DNA from: a virus
Taxonomy: Duplodnaviria > Heunggongvirae > Uroviricota > Caudoviricetes
Direction: 5' to 3' (one strand)
Length of the DNA stretch: 28,909 nucleotides
Virus record (IMG/VR): IMGVR_UViG_638341082_000005
Coordinates: 1-28,909 of that record
The notes under the pieces are model-generated. The model was not told the origin of the DNA and searched no databases. It worked only from the letters and a program-made list of their open reading frames with translations. The position numbers were made by a program, and so were the translations under genes. Each line of letters starts with the position of its first letter. Position 1 is the stretch's first letter. Shown here piece by piece: positions 7,876-17,260 of this stretch.

Positions 7876-8422
7876 CATGGCTACGATCCCAACCCTCACT
7901 CAACCTGAAATTGCCATCGTTGATGGTCAGGCTGTTACTTCATCCCTGGCTGTTGCCAACTTCTTCTCCAAACGTCATGACGATGTACTGAAAAAGATCC
8001 GCACGCTTGAATGCTCTGCATCATTCACTGCCCGCAATTTTTCGGTGAGTGATTACACCGATTGCACAGGCCGCAAACTACCTTGCTATCAAATAACCCG
8101 CGACGGCTTTGCGTTTCTTGCTATGGGGTTCACGGGTAAACGTGCTGCCCAGTTCAAAGAGGCATACATCAATGCCTTTAACCAGATGGAGAAACAGCTT
8201 TCAAATCCCTCTGTACTGAGCGACGTTGCACATAACGCCAGCGTTCTCTATTCCTACATTTCATCAATTCATCAGGTCTGGCTGCAGCAGCTTTATCCTA
8301 TGTTGGCAAAAGCCGAATCTCCGCTGGCTGTTAGCTTGTATGACTATATTAATGATGCTTCGGCACTGGCCTGCCTCATAAATTTGTCGCTGAACCCTTC
8401 AGAGGTAAGGGGGCGCAAATGA
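7876..8422 (+). CDS. Rha-family phage regulatory protein (N-terminus may extend to 7271)
   Basis: Rha domain begins at MATIPTLTQPEIAIVDGQAVTSSLAVANFFSKRHDDVLKKIR; AGAGG RBS upstream of ATG 7876; Rha domains normally sit at the extreme N-terminus. Confidence 0.55.
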
Positions 8423-8643
8423 TCCGGAATATTTTCAAACGGTTTACCAATCAGACTTTCCGTTGTCCTCGTCCTGGTCAGTGGTACACCACGCCTGCAG
8501 GGCATGTTCTACGTGTCAGCCTGGTTGACCGTGAATGTCAGAAGGTGATTTGTGAACCGCTGGGCCGTAATTACCGCATCAGTATGCCGCTTATAGCCTT
8601 TTGCTCCGGAAAAAACATGAAGCATCTCGGAGGTGCAGCATGA
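8419..8643 (+). CDS. small hypothetical protein
   Basis: 74-aa ORF with ATGA overlaps at both ends (Rha stop and replication-gene start); no family recognised. Confidence 0.35.
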   Translation: MIRNIFKRFTNQTFRCPRPGQWYTTPAGHVLRVSLVDRECQKVICEPLGRNYRISMPLIAFCSGKNMKHLGGAA

Positions 8644-9458
8644 GTATGGAGCTGATGGTTAAAGCGATGAAAATTCGAGTGGGTAATCCATTGCGAAAAC
8701 TGGTTCTGATCAAGCTGGCTGATAACGCCAGCGATCAGGGTGAGTGCTGGCCCAGCTACCAGCATATTGCTGACCAGTGCGAGATTAGCAAACGTTCTGT
8801 GATGAATCATATTGCGGCTCTTTGTGATTCCGGACTGGTAAAAAAAGTCACCCGGAAAGGTGAAAAAGGTAACTCAAGTAATATCTATCTCCTTCATCTT
8901 GATGGTGCAGGAGATTCACTAGGGGGTAGTGCAAATAATTCACTATCTGGTGCAGCAAATTCACCAGGTAGTGCAGGAGTTGCACCAGGGGGTGGTGCAG
9001 GAGATTCACCCAGAACCAGTCACTCTTTTGAACCAGTCAAAGAACCAGTCAATGAACCAATAGCTGTTGGTGCATCTGCTGATGAGTCTGTGCGAGTTCG
9101 TTCAAACCGACCGGAATACTCTCCGGAGTTTGAGCAGGCATGGCTGGCATACCCCAAACGTGCTGGTGGCAATTCAAAATCTGCAGCCTTCAAAGCCTGG
9201 AAAGCCCGTTTGAATGAGGGGGTAAACCCCGAAACCATGCTGGAAGGTGTGAAACGCTATGCGGGCTGGGTATCTGCGATGGGTAACAGCGGCACACAAT
9301 TTGTGAAACAGGCTGTCACGTTCTTTGGTCCGGATCGTCATTTCGAAGAATCCTGGGAAGTTCCTGCGGTATCTGCAGCCAGACGTGAGGATCCGTACTT
9401 CAAAGCCAGTTACGACAACGTGGACTACAGCCAGATCCCGGCAGGATTCAGGGGGTGA
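8640..9458 (+). CDS. putative replication initiation protein (N-terminal HTH, iteron-encoding linker)
   Basis: N-terminal winged-HTH-like segment (LRKLVLIKLADNASDQGECWPSYQHIADQCEISKRSVMNHI); Gly/Ser/Ala-rich linker encoded by tandem DNA repeats, as in lambda O; start at ATG 8640 after GGAGG. Confidence 0.5.
   Translation: MSMELMVKAMKIRVGNPLRKLVLIKLADNASDQGECWPSYQHIADQCEISKRSVMNHIAALCDSGLVKKVTRKGEKGNSSNIYLLHLDGAGDSLGGSANNSLSGAANSPGSAGVAPGGGAGDSPRTSHSFEPVKEPVNEPIAVGASADESVRVRSNRPEYSPEFEQAWLAYPKRAGGNSKSAAFKAWKARLNEGVNPETMLEGVKRYAGWVSAMGNSGTQFVKQAVTFFGPDRHFEESWEVPAVSAARREDPYFKASYDNVDYSQIPAGFRG
8905..9060. repeat. iteron-like direct repeats (candidate replication origin) inside the replication gene
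   Basis: five copies of a 15-bp motif GTGCAG(G/C)A(G/A)(A/T)T(T/G)CAC starting 8905, 8929, 8950, 8971, 8995 at 21-24 bp spacing, then 2.5 copies of GAACCAGTCAA(A/T) at 9020-9058. Confidence 0.55.
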
Positions 9459-9460
9459 TC

Positions 9461-9949
9461 ATGAGTCTTTTGAATGAAGTTCAGAAATTCATTGAAGCCC
9501 ATCCGGGGTGTACTTCCGGAGACATTGCGGATGCTTTTGCAGGTTACTCACGGCAGCGCGTTCTGCAGTCAGCAAGCAAGTTACGTCAGAGTGGGCGTGT
9601 GGCTCACCGTTGTGAAGGAGATACACGCAGACATTTCCCGCGCCTGACTGAGAGAGCGCAGGAGCCGGAACCACAACCAGTTCGTGAAACCAGACCTGTG
9701 CGCAATTTCTATGTCGGCACTAACGATCCCCGGGTGATTTTGTGCCTGACCCGCCAGGCTGAAGAACTGGAGTCAAGGGGCTTATACCGTCGTGCTGCAA
9801 CCGTGTGGATGGCGGCATTCCGTGAAAGCCACTCCCAGCCAGAACGAAACAATTTTCTGACGCGTCGTGAGCGGTGCTTACGGAAAAGCAGCAAGCGCGC
9901 TGCATCGGGTGAAGAGTGGTATCTGTCAGGGAATTACGTGGGGGCTTAA
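9461..9949 (+). CDS. PerC-like transcriptional regulator, putative
   Basis: C-terminal segment LTRQAEELESRGLYRRAATVWMAAFRESHSQPERNNFLTRRERCL resembles the PerC family; start at ATG 9461 after GGGGGTGA. Confidence 0.4.
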   Translation: MSLLNEVQKFIEAHPGCTSGDIADAFAGYSRQRVLQSASKLRQSGRVAHRCEGDTRRHFPRLTERAQEPEPQPVRETRPVRNFYVGTNDPRVILCLTRQAEELESRGLYRRAATVWMAAFRESHSQPERNNFLTRRERCLRKSSKRAASGEEWYLSGNYVGA

Positions 9950-10602
9950 TGAGTAATAAATATTGCCAGGCGCTGGTGGAACTGCGGAACAAACCAGCCC
10001 ATGAACTGAAGGAAGTGGGCGATCAGTGGCGCACGCCGGACAACATTTTCTGGGGAATTAACACCCTGTTTGGCCCGTTTGTTCTGGATCTGTTCACTGA
10101 CGGTGATAACGCCAAATGTGCTGCGTATTACACGGCGGAAGACAACGCGCTGGCGCATGACTGGTCAGAACGTCTTGCGGAGCTTAAAGGGGCTGCCTTT
10201 GGTAATCCCCCATACAGCCGCGCCAGTCAGCATGAGGGGCAATACATCACCGGCATGCGTTACATCATGAAACATGCCAGTGCCATGCGTGATAAGGGTG
10301 GGCGCTATGTTTTCCTGATCAAAGCTGCCACCAGCGAAGTGTGGTGGCCGGAAGATGCAGACCATATTGCTTTTATTCGCGGGCGTATTGGTTTTGAACT
10401 GCCTGCCTGGTTTATCCCGAAGGATGAGAAGCAGGTGCCGACAGGCGCTTTCTTCGCTGGTGCTATTGCTGTTTTCGACAAGACCTGGAAGGGACCGGCA
10501 ATCAGCTACATCGGGCGCGATGAACTTGAGGCATGTGGTGAGGCGTTTTTGGCGCAGGTTCGCCAGCAGGCAGAAAAACTTGTCAGGGAGATGGCGGCAT
10601 GA
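9949..10602 (+). CDS. phage-type DNA N6-adenine methyltransferase (orphan, no cognate nuclease seen)
   Basis: catalytic NPPY motif (GNPPYS) and overall resemblance to the phage Dam family; start ATG overlaps the upstream stop (TAATG). Confidence 0.75.
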   Translation: MSNKYCQALVELRNKPAHELKEVGDQWRTPDNIFWGINTLFGPFVLDLFTDGDNAKCAAYYTAEDNALAHDWSERLAELKGAAFGNPPYSRASQHEGQYITGMRYIMKHASAMRDKGGRYVFLIKAATSEVWWPEDADHIAFIRGRIGFELPAWFIPKDEKQVPTGAFFAGAIAVFDKTWKGPAISYIGRDELEACGEAFLAQVRQQAEKLVREMAA

Positions 10603-10925
10603 CGACGTTAACTCAATGCCAGCAGCAGGTGCTGGATATGCTGATTTCTTACCAGCAAGAGCGTGGCTTTCCGCCAACCAATCAGGAGGTGGCAACCATG
10701 CTGGGATACCGTTCAGTGAATGCAGCGGTGGAGCATCTTCGCGCACTGGAGAAAAAAGGCGTCATCACGATAAAGCGTGGCGTGGCCCGGGGGATAACGC
10801 TTCATACCGCAGTGAAGGACGACGACAGCGAAGCGGTCGGTATCATCCGCGCACTGCTTGCCGGTGAGGAGAACGCCAGGCTGCGTGCAGCCCACTGGTT
10901 ACATGAGAGGGGCCTGAAAGTATGA
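10599..10925 (+). CDS. LexA-DNA-binding-domain-like winged-helix protein
   Basis: 108 aa; MTTLTQCQQQVLDMLISYQQERGFPPTNQEVATMLGYRSVNAAVEHLRALEKKGVI resembles the LexA N-terminal domain with no peptidase domain; ATGA overlap with dam. Confidence 0.5.
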   Translation: MTTLTQCQQQVLDMLISYQQERGFPPTNQEVATMLGYRSVNAAVEHLRALEKKGVITIKRGVARGITLHTAVKDDDSEAVGIIRALLAGEENARLRAAHWLHERGLKV

Positions 10926-11311
10926 AGTTGATCCTGCCTTTCCCGCCCAGTGTGAACACGTACTGGCGACACCCCAACAAAGGGGCATTTGCTGGTAAGA
11001 GCCTGATAAGCGAGGCGGGGCGAAAATTTCAGAGCGCGGCGTGCGCAGCAATAGTTGAGCAGTTACGTCGTCTGCCGAAACCAACGTCGGCACCTGCTTC
11101 AGTGGAGATCGTGTTGTTTCCTCCGGATAACCGGATCCGCGATCTGGACAACTATAACAAGGCGCTGTTTGACGCCCTGACCCACGCGGGTGTGTGGGAA
11201 GACGACAGACAGGTGAAAAGAATGCTGGTGGAGTGGGGACCGGTTATCCCGAAAGGGAAGGTCGAGATCACTATCAGTAAGTATGAGAAACCGGCGGGTG
11301 CAGCCGCCTGA
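10922..11311 (+). CDS. rusA: RusA-family Holliday junction resolvase
   Basis: LPFPPSVNTYW and DNRIRDLDNYNKALFDALTHAGVWEDDRQV match the RusA signature including the catalytic Asp cluster. Confidence 0.85.
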   Translation: MKLILPFPPSVNTYWRHPNKGAFAGKSLISEAGRKFQSAACAAIVEQLRRLPKPTSAPASVEIVLFPPDNRIRDLDNYNKALFDALTHAGVWEDDRQVKRMLVEWGPVIPKGKVEITISKYEKPAGAAA

Positions 11312-11330
11312 TTAAGAGGAGAAACGAAGT

Positions 11331-12395
11331 ATGAATAATCTGATGGTCATTGATGGTATTGAAGTTCGTCGTGATGCTTATGGGCGTTACAGCCTGAACG
11401 ATCTGCATCGCGCAGCAGTAGCATCTGGTGCAAATGCCAGAACCAAGGAGCCAGGAAAGTTTCTTTCCAGCCAACAAACTGTTGAGCTTGTTCATGAATT
11501 GACCAACACCCAGAATTTGGGTGTTGACCCGGTGAGTGTGATTCATGGGGGAAATGAACGGGGAACGTATGTCTGCAAGGAACTGGTGTATGCCTATGCA
11601 ATGTGGATCAGCCCGTCATTCCATCTGAAGGTGATCCGTACTTTCGACATGGTAACCAGCGCACCGGAAAAATTATCCGGACAGGCTGCTGACAAGATGC
11701 AGGCTGGTGTGATTCTGCTGGACTTTATGCGCCGGGAATTAAACCTGTCTAACTCTTCAGTGCTTGGTGCCTGTCAGAAACTCCAGGAGGCTGTTGGCTT
11801 ACCGAATCTGGCACCGCGCTATGCCATTGATGCTCCTGCTGACGCGCCTGATGGCTCAAGTCGTCCTACGCTGTCGCTGAGTGCACTGCTGAAACAGTAT
11901 GGTAACCGCGTTGCTTCATCCGCGATATCGCAGTCGGCGTCACAGGTTGCCCGTGAGACAAAGGTACGCCGGAAACTGGTAAAGGAAAGGGCCAGGCTGA
12001 AAAGGGCCACGGTCAAAAATCCGCAGGCCAGAATCAAAGTTAACCGGGGGGATTTGCCCGTAATCAAGCTGGGTAATGCGCGGGTTGTCCTGTCCCGCCG
12101 CAGGCGTCGTAAAAAAGGGCAGCGTTCATCCCTGAAAGGTGGCGGCAGCGTGCTTGTGGTGGGTAACCGTCGTATTCCCGGCGCGTTTATTCAGCAACTG
12201 AAAAATGGCCGGTGGCATGTCATGCAGCGTGTGGCCGGGAAAAACCGTTACCCCATTGATGTGGTGAAAATCCCGATGGCGGTGCCGCTGACCACGGCGT
12301 TTAAACAGAATATTGAGCGGATACGGCGTGAGCGTCTTCCGAAAGAGCTGGGCTATGCGCTGCAGCATCAACTGAGAATGGTAATAAAGCGATGA
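11331..12395 (+). CDS. chimeric ORF: KilA-N domain fused in frame to the C-terminal ~160 aa of lambda head completion protein Z
   Basis: N-terminus has the KilA-N domain (MVIDGIEVRRDAYGRYSLNDLHRAA...YAMWISPSFHLKVIRTFD); from about residue 195 (NRVASSAISQSASQVARETKVRR... to ...LRMVIKR) it matches lambda gpZ and is followed by U and V. Confidence 0.7.
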   Translation: MNNLMVIDGIEVRRDAYGRYSLNDLHRAAVASGANARTKEPGKFLSSQQTVELVHELTNTQNLGVDPVSVIHGGNERGTYVCKELVYAYAMWISPSFHLKVIRTFDMVTSAPEKLSGQAADKMQAGVILLDFMRRELNLSNSSVLGACQKLQEAVGLPNLAPRYAIDAPADAPDGSSRPTLSLSALLKQYGNRVASSAISQSASQVARETKVRRKLVKERARLKRATVKNPQARIKVNRGDLPVIKLGNARVVLSRRRRRKKGQRSSLKGGGSVLVVGNRRIPGAFIQQLKNGRWHVMQRVAGKNRYPIDVVKIPMAVPLTTAFKQNIERIRRERLPKELGYALQHQLRMVIKR

Positions 12396-12787
12396 AACAT
12401 ACTGAACTCCGTGCAGCCGTACTGGATGCACTGGAGAAGCATGACACCGGGGCGACGCTTTTTGATGGTCGCCCCGCTGTTTTTGATGAGGAAGATTTTC
12501 CGGCAATTGCCGTTTATCTCACCGGCGCTGAATACACGGGCGAAGAGCTGGACAGCGATACCTGGCAGGCGGAGCTGCATATTGAAGTTTTCCTGCCTGC
12601 TCAGGTGCCGGATTCAGAGCTGGATTCGTGGATGGAGTCCCGGATTTATCCGGTGATGAGCGATATCCCGGCACTGTCAGATTTGATCACCAGTATGGTG
12701 GCCAGTGGCTATGACTACCGGCGCGACGATGATGCGGGCCTGTGGAGTTCAGCCGATCTGACTTATGTCATTACCTATGAAATGTGA
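12392..12787 (+). CDS. U: tail terminator protein U
   Basis: 131-aa translation essentially identical to lambda gpU as remembered. Confidence 0.9.
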   Translation: MKHTELRAAVLDALEKHDTGATLFDGRPAVFDEEDFPAIAVYLTGAEYTGEELDSDTWQAELHIEVFLPAQVPDSELDSWMESRIYPVMSDIPALSDLITSMVASGYDYRRDDDAGLWSSADLTYVITYEM

Positions 12788-12794
12788 GGACGCT

Positions 12795-13535
12795 ATGCCT
12801 GTACCAAATCCAACAATGCCGGTGAAAGGTGCCGGGACCACACTGTGGGTTTATAAGGGGAACGGTGACCCTTATGCGAACCCGCTTTCAGACGTTGACT
12901 GGTCGCGTCTGGCAAAAGTTAAAGACCTGACGCCCGGCGAACTGACCGCTGAGTCCTATGACGACAGCTATCTCGATGATGAAGATGCGGACTGGACTGC
13001 GACCGGGCAGGGGCAGAAATCTGCCGGAGATACCAGCTTCACGCTGGCGTGGATGCCCGGAGAGCAGGGGCAGCAGGCGCTGCTGGCGTGGTTTAATGAA
13101 GGTGATACCCGTGCCTATAAAATCCGCTTTCCTAACGGCACGGTCGATGTGTTCCGTGGCTGGGTCAGCAGTATCGGTAAAGCGGTGACGGCGAAGGAAG
13201 TGATCACCCGCACGGTGAAGGTCACCAATGTGGGACGCCCGTCGATGGCTGAAGATCGCAGTACGGTGACGGCGGCAACCGGCATGACGGTAACGCCAGC
13301 CAGTGCGTCCGTAGTGAAAGGACAGAGCACCACGCTGACCGTGGCATTCCAGCCGGAAGGCGTAACCGACAAGAGCTTCCGTGCGGTGTCTTCGGATAAA
13401 ACAAAAGCCACCGTGTCGGTCAGTGGTATGACCATCACCGTGAACGGCGTTGCTGCAGGCAAGGTCAACATTCCGGTCGTATCCGGTAATGGTGAGTTTG
13501 CTGCGGTTGCAGAAATCACCGTCACCGCCAGTTAA
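12795..13535 (+). CDS. V: major tail tube protein V
   Basis: [22 protein letters not shown]... matches lambda gpV including the C-terminal Ig-like domain; start at ATG 12795 after GAGGA. Confidence 0.9.
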   Translation: MPVPNPTMPVKGAGTTLWVYKGNGDPYANPLSDVDWSRLAKVKDLTPGELTAESYDDSYLDDEDADWTATGQGQKSAGDTSFTLAWMPGEQGQQALLAWFNEGDTRAYKIRFPNGTVDVFRGWVSSIGKAVTAKEVITRTVKVTNVGRPSMAEDRSTVTAATGMTVTPASASVVKGQSTTLTVAFQPEGVTDKSFRAVSSDKTKATVSVSGMTITVNGVAAGKVNIPVVSGNGEFAAVAEITVTAS

Positions 13536-13550
13536 TCCGGAGAGTCAGCG

Positions 13551-13964
13551 ATGTTCCTGAAAACCGAATCATTTGAATATAACGGCGTGACCGTCACGCT
13601 TTCTGAACTGTCAGCCCTGCAGCGTATTGAGCATCTCGCTCTGATGAAACAGCAGGCAGAATCCGACAGCAACCGGAAGTTTACTGTGGAAGACGTCATC
13701 AGAACCGGCGCTTTTGTGGTGGCGATGTCCCTGTGGCATAACCATCCGAAGAAGACGCAGATGCCGTCCATGAATGAAGCCGTTAAACAGATTGAGCAGG
13801 AAGTGCTTACCACCTGGCCCACAGAGGCAATTTCTCATGCTGAAAACGTGGTGTACCGGCTGTCCGGAATGTATGAGTTTGTGGTGAATAATGCCCCTGA
13901 ACAGGCAGATGACGCCGGGCCTGCAGAGCCTGTTTCTGCGGGAAAGTGTTCGACGGTGAGCTGA
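13551..13964 (+). CDS. G: tail assembly chaperone G
   Basis: MFLKTESFEYNGVTVTLSELSALQRIEHLAL... matches lambda gpG. Confidence 0.9.
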   Translation: MFLKTESFEYNGVTVTLSELSALQRIEHLALMKQQAESDSNRKFTVEDVIRTGAFVVAMSLWHNHPKKTQMPSMNEAVKQIEQEVLTTWPTEAISHAENVVYRLSGMYEFVVNNAPEQADDAGPAEPVSAGKCSTVS

Positions 13965-14380
13965 GTTTTGCCCTGAAACTGGCGCGTGAGATGGGGCGAC
14001 CCGACTGGCGCGCCATGCTTGCCGGGATGTCATCCACGGAGTATGCCGACTGGCACCGCTTTTACAGTACCCATTATTTTCATGATGTTCTGCTGGATAT
14101 GCATTTTTCCGGGCTGACGTACACCGTGCTCAGCCTGTTTTTCAGCGATCCGGATATGCATCCGCTGGATTTCAGTCTGCTGAACCGGCGTGAGGCTGGC
14201 GAAGAGCCTGAAGATGATGTGCTGATGCAGAAAGCGGCAGGGCTTGCCGGAGGCGTTCGTTTTGGCCCGGACGGGAATGAAGTTATCCCCGCTTCCCCGT
14301 ATGTGGCGGACATGACGGAGGATGACGTAATGCTGATGACAGTATCAGAAGGGATCGCAGGAGGAGTCCGGTATGGCTGA
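13946..14380 (+). CDS. T: T portion of the G-T tail assembly chaperone, expressed by programmed -1 frameshift from G
   Basis: slippery heptamer G GGA AAG at 13940-13946 in the G frame, the lambda G-T slip site; the -1 frame continues as lambda gpT sequence. Confidence 0.8.
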   Translation: MFDGELSFALKLAREMGRPDWRAMLAGMSSTEYADWHRFYSTHYFHDVLLDMHFSGLTYTVLSLFFSDPDMHPLDFSLLNRREAGEEPEDDVLMQKAAGLAGGVRFGPDGNEVIPASPYVADMTEDDVMLMTVSEGIAGGVRYG

Positions 14381-16934
14381 ACCGGTAGGCGATCTGGTCG
14401 TTGATTTAAGTCTGGATGCGGCCAGATTTGACGAGCAGATGGCCAGAGTCAGGCGTCATTTTTCCGGTACGGAAAGTGATGCGAAAAAAACAGCGGCAGT
14501 CGTTGAACAGTCAATGAACCGGCAGGCGCTGGCTGCACAGAAAGCGGGGATTTCCGTCGGGCAGTATAAAGCTGCCATGCGTATGCTGCCTGCGCAGTTC
14601 ACCGACGTGGCCACGCAGCTTGCAGGGGGGCAGAATCCGTGGCTCATCCTGCTGCAACAGGGTGGTCAGGTGAAGGACTCCTTCGGCGGGATGATCCCCA
14701 TGTTCAGGGGGCTTGCCGGTGCGATCACCCTGCCGATGGTTGGTATCACTTCGCTGGCGGTGGCGACCGGTGCGCTGGCGTATGCCTGGTATCAGGGTGA
14801 CTCAACCCTGTCCAATTTCAATAAAACGCTGGTCCTTTCCGGTAATCAGGCGGGACTGACGGCAGATCGTATGCTGGCCCTGTCCAGATCCGGGCAGGCG
14901 GCAGGGCTGACGTTTAACCAGACCAGCGAGTCACTGACGGCGCTGGTGAATGCCGGTGTGCGTGGTGGTGAGCAGTTTGAGGCAATCAGCCAGAGTGTGG
15001 CGCGTTTCTCCTCTGCATCCGGTGTGGAGGTGGACAAGGTCGCTGAAGCCTTCGGGAAGCTGACCACTGACCCGACGTCGGGGCTGACGGCGATGGCGCG
15101 CCAGTTCCATAACGTGACGGCGGAGCAGATTGCGTATGTTGCTCAGTTGCAGCGTTCCGGCGATGGGGCCGGGGCATTGCAGGCGGCGAACGAGGCCGCA
15201 ACGAAAGGGTTTGATGACCAGACCCGCCGCCTGAAAGAGAACATGGGCACGCTGGAGACCTGGGCAGACAGGACAGCGCGGGCATTCAAATCCATGTGGG
15301 ATGCGGTGCTGGATATTGGTCGTCCTGATACCGCGCAGGAGATGCTGATTAAGGCAGAGGCTGCGTTTAAGAAAGCAGACGACATCTGGAATCTGCGCAA
15401 GGATGATTATTTTGTTAACGATGAAGCGCGGGCGCGTTACTGGGATGATCGTGAAAAGGCCCGTCTTGCGCTTGAAGCCGCCCGAAAGAAGGCTGAGCAG
15501 CAGACTCAACAGGACAAAAATGCGCAGCAGCAGAGCGATACCGAAGCATCACGGCTGAAATATACCGAAGAGGCGCAGAAGGCTTACGAACGGCTGCAGA
15601 CGCCGCTGGAGAAATATACCGCCCGTCAGGAAGAACTGAACAAGGCACTGAAAGACGGGAAAATCCTGCAGGCGGATTACAACACGCTGATGGCGGCGGC
15701 GAAAAAGGATTATGAAGCGACGCTGAAAAAGCCGAAACAGTCCGGCGTGAAGGTGTCTGCGGGCGATCGTCAGGAAGACAGTGCTCATGCTGCCCTGCTG
15801 ACGCTTCAGGCAGAACTCCGGACGCTGGAGAAGCATGCCGGAGCAAATGAGAAAATCAGCCAGCAGCGCCGGGATTTGTGGAAGGCGGAGAGTCAGTTCG
15901 CGGTACTGGAGGAGGCGGCGCAACGTCGCCAGCTGTCTGCACAGGAGAAATCCCTGCTGGCGCATAAAGATGAGACGCTGGAGTACAAACGCCAGCTGGC
16001 TGCACTTGGCGACAAGGTTACGTATCAGGAGCGCCTGAACGCGCTGGCGCAGCAGGCGGATAAATTCGCACAGCAGCAACGGGCAAAACGGGCCGCCATT
16101 GATGCGAAAAGCCGGGGGCTGACTGACCGGCAGGCAGAACGGGAAGCCACGGAACAGCGCCTGAAGGAACAGTATGGCGATAATCCGCTGGCGCTGAATA
16201 ACGTCATGTCAGAGCAGAAAAAGACCTGGGCGGCTGAAGACCAGCTTCGCGGGAACTGGATGGCAGGCCTGAAGTCCGGCTGGAGTGAGTGGGAAGAGAG
16301 CGCCACGGACAGTATGTCGCAGGTTAAAAGTGCAGCCACGCAGACCTTTGATGGTATTGCACAGAATATGGCGGCGATGCTGACCGGCAGTGAACAGAAC
16401 TGGCGCAGCTTCACCCGATCCGTGCTGTCCATGATGACAGAAATTTTGCTTAAGCAGGCAATGGTGGGGATTGTCGGGAGTATCGGCAGCGCCATTGGCG
16501 GTGCTGCCAGTGGTGGCGCATCAGCGTCAGGTGGTACAGCCATTCAGGCAGCTGCGGCGAAATTCCATTTTGCGACCGGAGGATTTACGGGAACCGGCGG
16601 CAAATATGAGCCAGCGGGGATTGTTCACCGTGGTGAATTTGTCTTCACGAAGGAGGCAACCAGCCGGATTGGCGTGGGGAATCTCTACCGGCTGATGCGC
16701 GGCTATGCCACCGGTGGTTATGTCGGTACACCGGGCAGCCTGGCGGACAGCCGGTCGCAGGCGTCCGGGAAGTTTGAGCAGAATAACCATGTGGTGATTA
16801 ACAACGACGGCACGAACGGTCAGATAGGGCCACAGGCGCTGAAGGCGGTTTATGACGTAGCCCGTAAGGCGGCAATGGATGTTGTGACCGGGCAGATGCG
16901 TGATGGTGGTCTGTTCTCCGGAGGTGGACGATGA
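14373..16934 (+). CDS. H: tail tape measure protein H
   Basis: 853 aa, same length as lambda gpH; coiled-coil-rich with Gly-rich C-terminal region; sits between T and M. Confidence 0.9.
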   Translation: MAEPVGDLVVDLSLDAARFDEQMARVRRHFSGTESDAKKTAAVVEQSMNRQALAAQKAGISVGQYKAAMRMLPAQFTDVATQLAGGQNPWLILLQQGGQVKDSFGGMIPMFRGLAGAITLPMVGITSLAVATGALAYAWYQGDSTLSNFNKTLVLSGNQAGLTADRMLALSRSGQAAGLTFNQTSESLTALVNAGVRGGEQFEAISQSVARFSSASGVEVDKVAEAFGKLTTDPTSGLTAMARQFHNVTAEQIAYVAQLQRSGDGAGALQAANEAATKGFDDQTRRLKENMGTLETWADRTARAFKSMWDAVLDIGRPDTAQEMLIKAEAAFKKADDIWNLRKDDYFVNDEARARYWDDREKARLALEAARKKAEQQTQQDKNAQQQSDTEASRLKYTEEAQKAYERLQTPLEKYTARQEELNKALKDGKILQADYNTLMAAAKKDYEATLKKPKQSGVKVSAGDRQEDSAHAALLTLQAELRTLEKHAGANEKISQQRRDLWKAESQFAVLEEAAQRRQLSAQEKSLLAHKDETLEYKRQLAALGDKVTYQERLNALAQQADKFAQQQRAKRAAIDAKSRGLTDRQAEREATEQRLKEQYGDNPLALNNVMSEQKKTWAAEDQLRGNWMAGLKSGWSEWEESATDSMSQVKSAATQTFDGIAQNMAAMLTGSEQNWRSFTRSVLSMMTEILLKQAMVGIVGSIGSAIGGAASGGASASGGTAIQAAAAKFHFATGGFTGTGGKYEPAGIVHRGEFVFTKEATSRIGVGNLYRLMRGYATGGYVGTPGSLADSRSQASGKFEQNNHVVINNDGTNGQIGPQALKAVYDVARKAAMDVVTGQMRDGGLFSGGGR

Positions 16935-17260
16935 AAACCTTCCGCTGGAAAGTGAAACCGGGTATGGATGTGGCTTCGGCTCCTTCCGTCAGGGAGGTGC
17001 GCTTTGGTGATGGTTACTCCCAGCGCGCGCCTGCCGGGCTGAATGCCAACCTGAAAACGTACAGCGTGACACTTTCTGTTTCCCGTGAGGAAGCCACGGC
17101 GCTGGAGTCATTTCTGGCAGAGCACGGGGGCTGGAAAGCCTTTCTGTGGACACCGCCTTATGGTTACAGGCAGATAAAGGTGACCTGCGCAAAGTGGACT
17201 GTGCGGGTCAGTATGTTGCGCGCTGAGTTCAGCGCAGAGTTTAAACAGGTGGTGAACTGA
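16931..17260 (+). CDS. M: minor tail protein M
   Basis: 109 aa, matches lambda gpM; ATGA overlap with H. Confidence 0.9.
   Translation: MKTFRWKVKPGMDVASAPSVREVRFGDGYSQRAPAGLNANLKTYSVTLSVSREEATALESFLAEHGGWKAFLWTPPYGYRQIKVTCAKWTVRVSMLRAEFSAEFKQVVN

Noticed and set aside
8891-9060. Possible CRISPR array, because of regularly spaced short direct repeats
   Set aside because: Only about five imperfect 15-bp repeats with 6-9 bp between them, inside a coding region and encoding a Gly/Ser linker; no cas genes or leader; fits iterons instead
13611-14033. 140-aa minus-strand ORF across the G/T junction
   Set aside because: Antisense to the conserved G and T genes and the frameshift site; no start signals
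14931-16543. Several 140-190-aa minus-strand ORFs inside the tape measure gene H
   Set aside because: They are antisense to a near-lambda-identical gene in a GC-rich region where stop codons are rare; Pro/Arg/Ser-rich composition and no start-site signals
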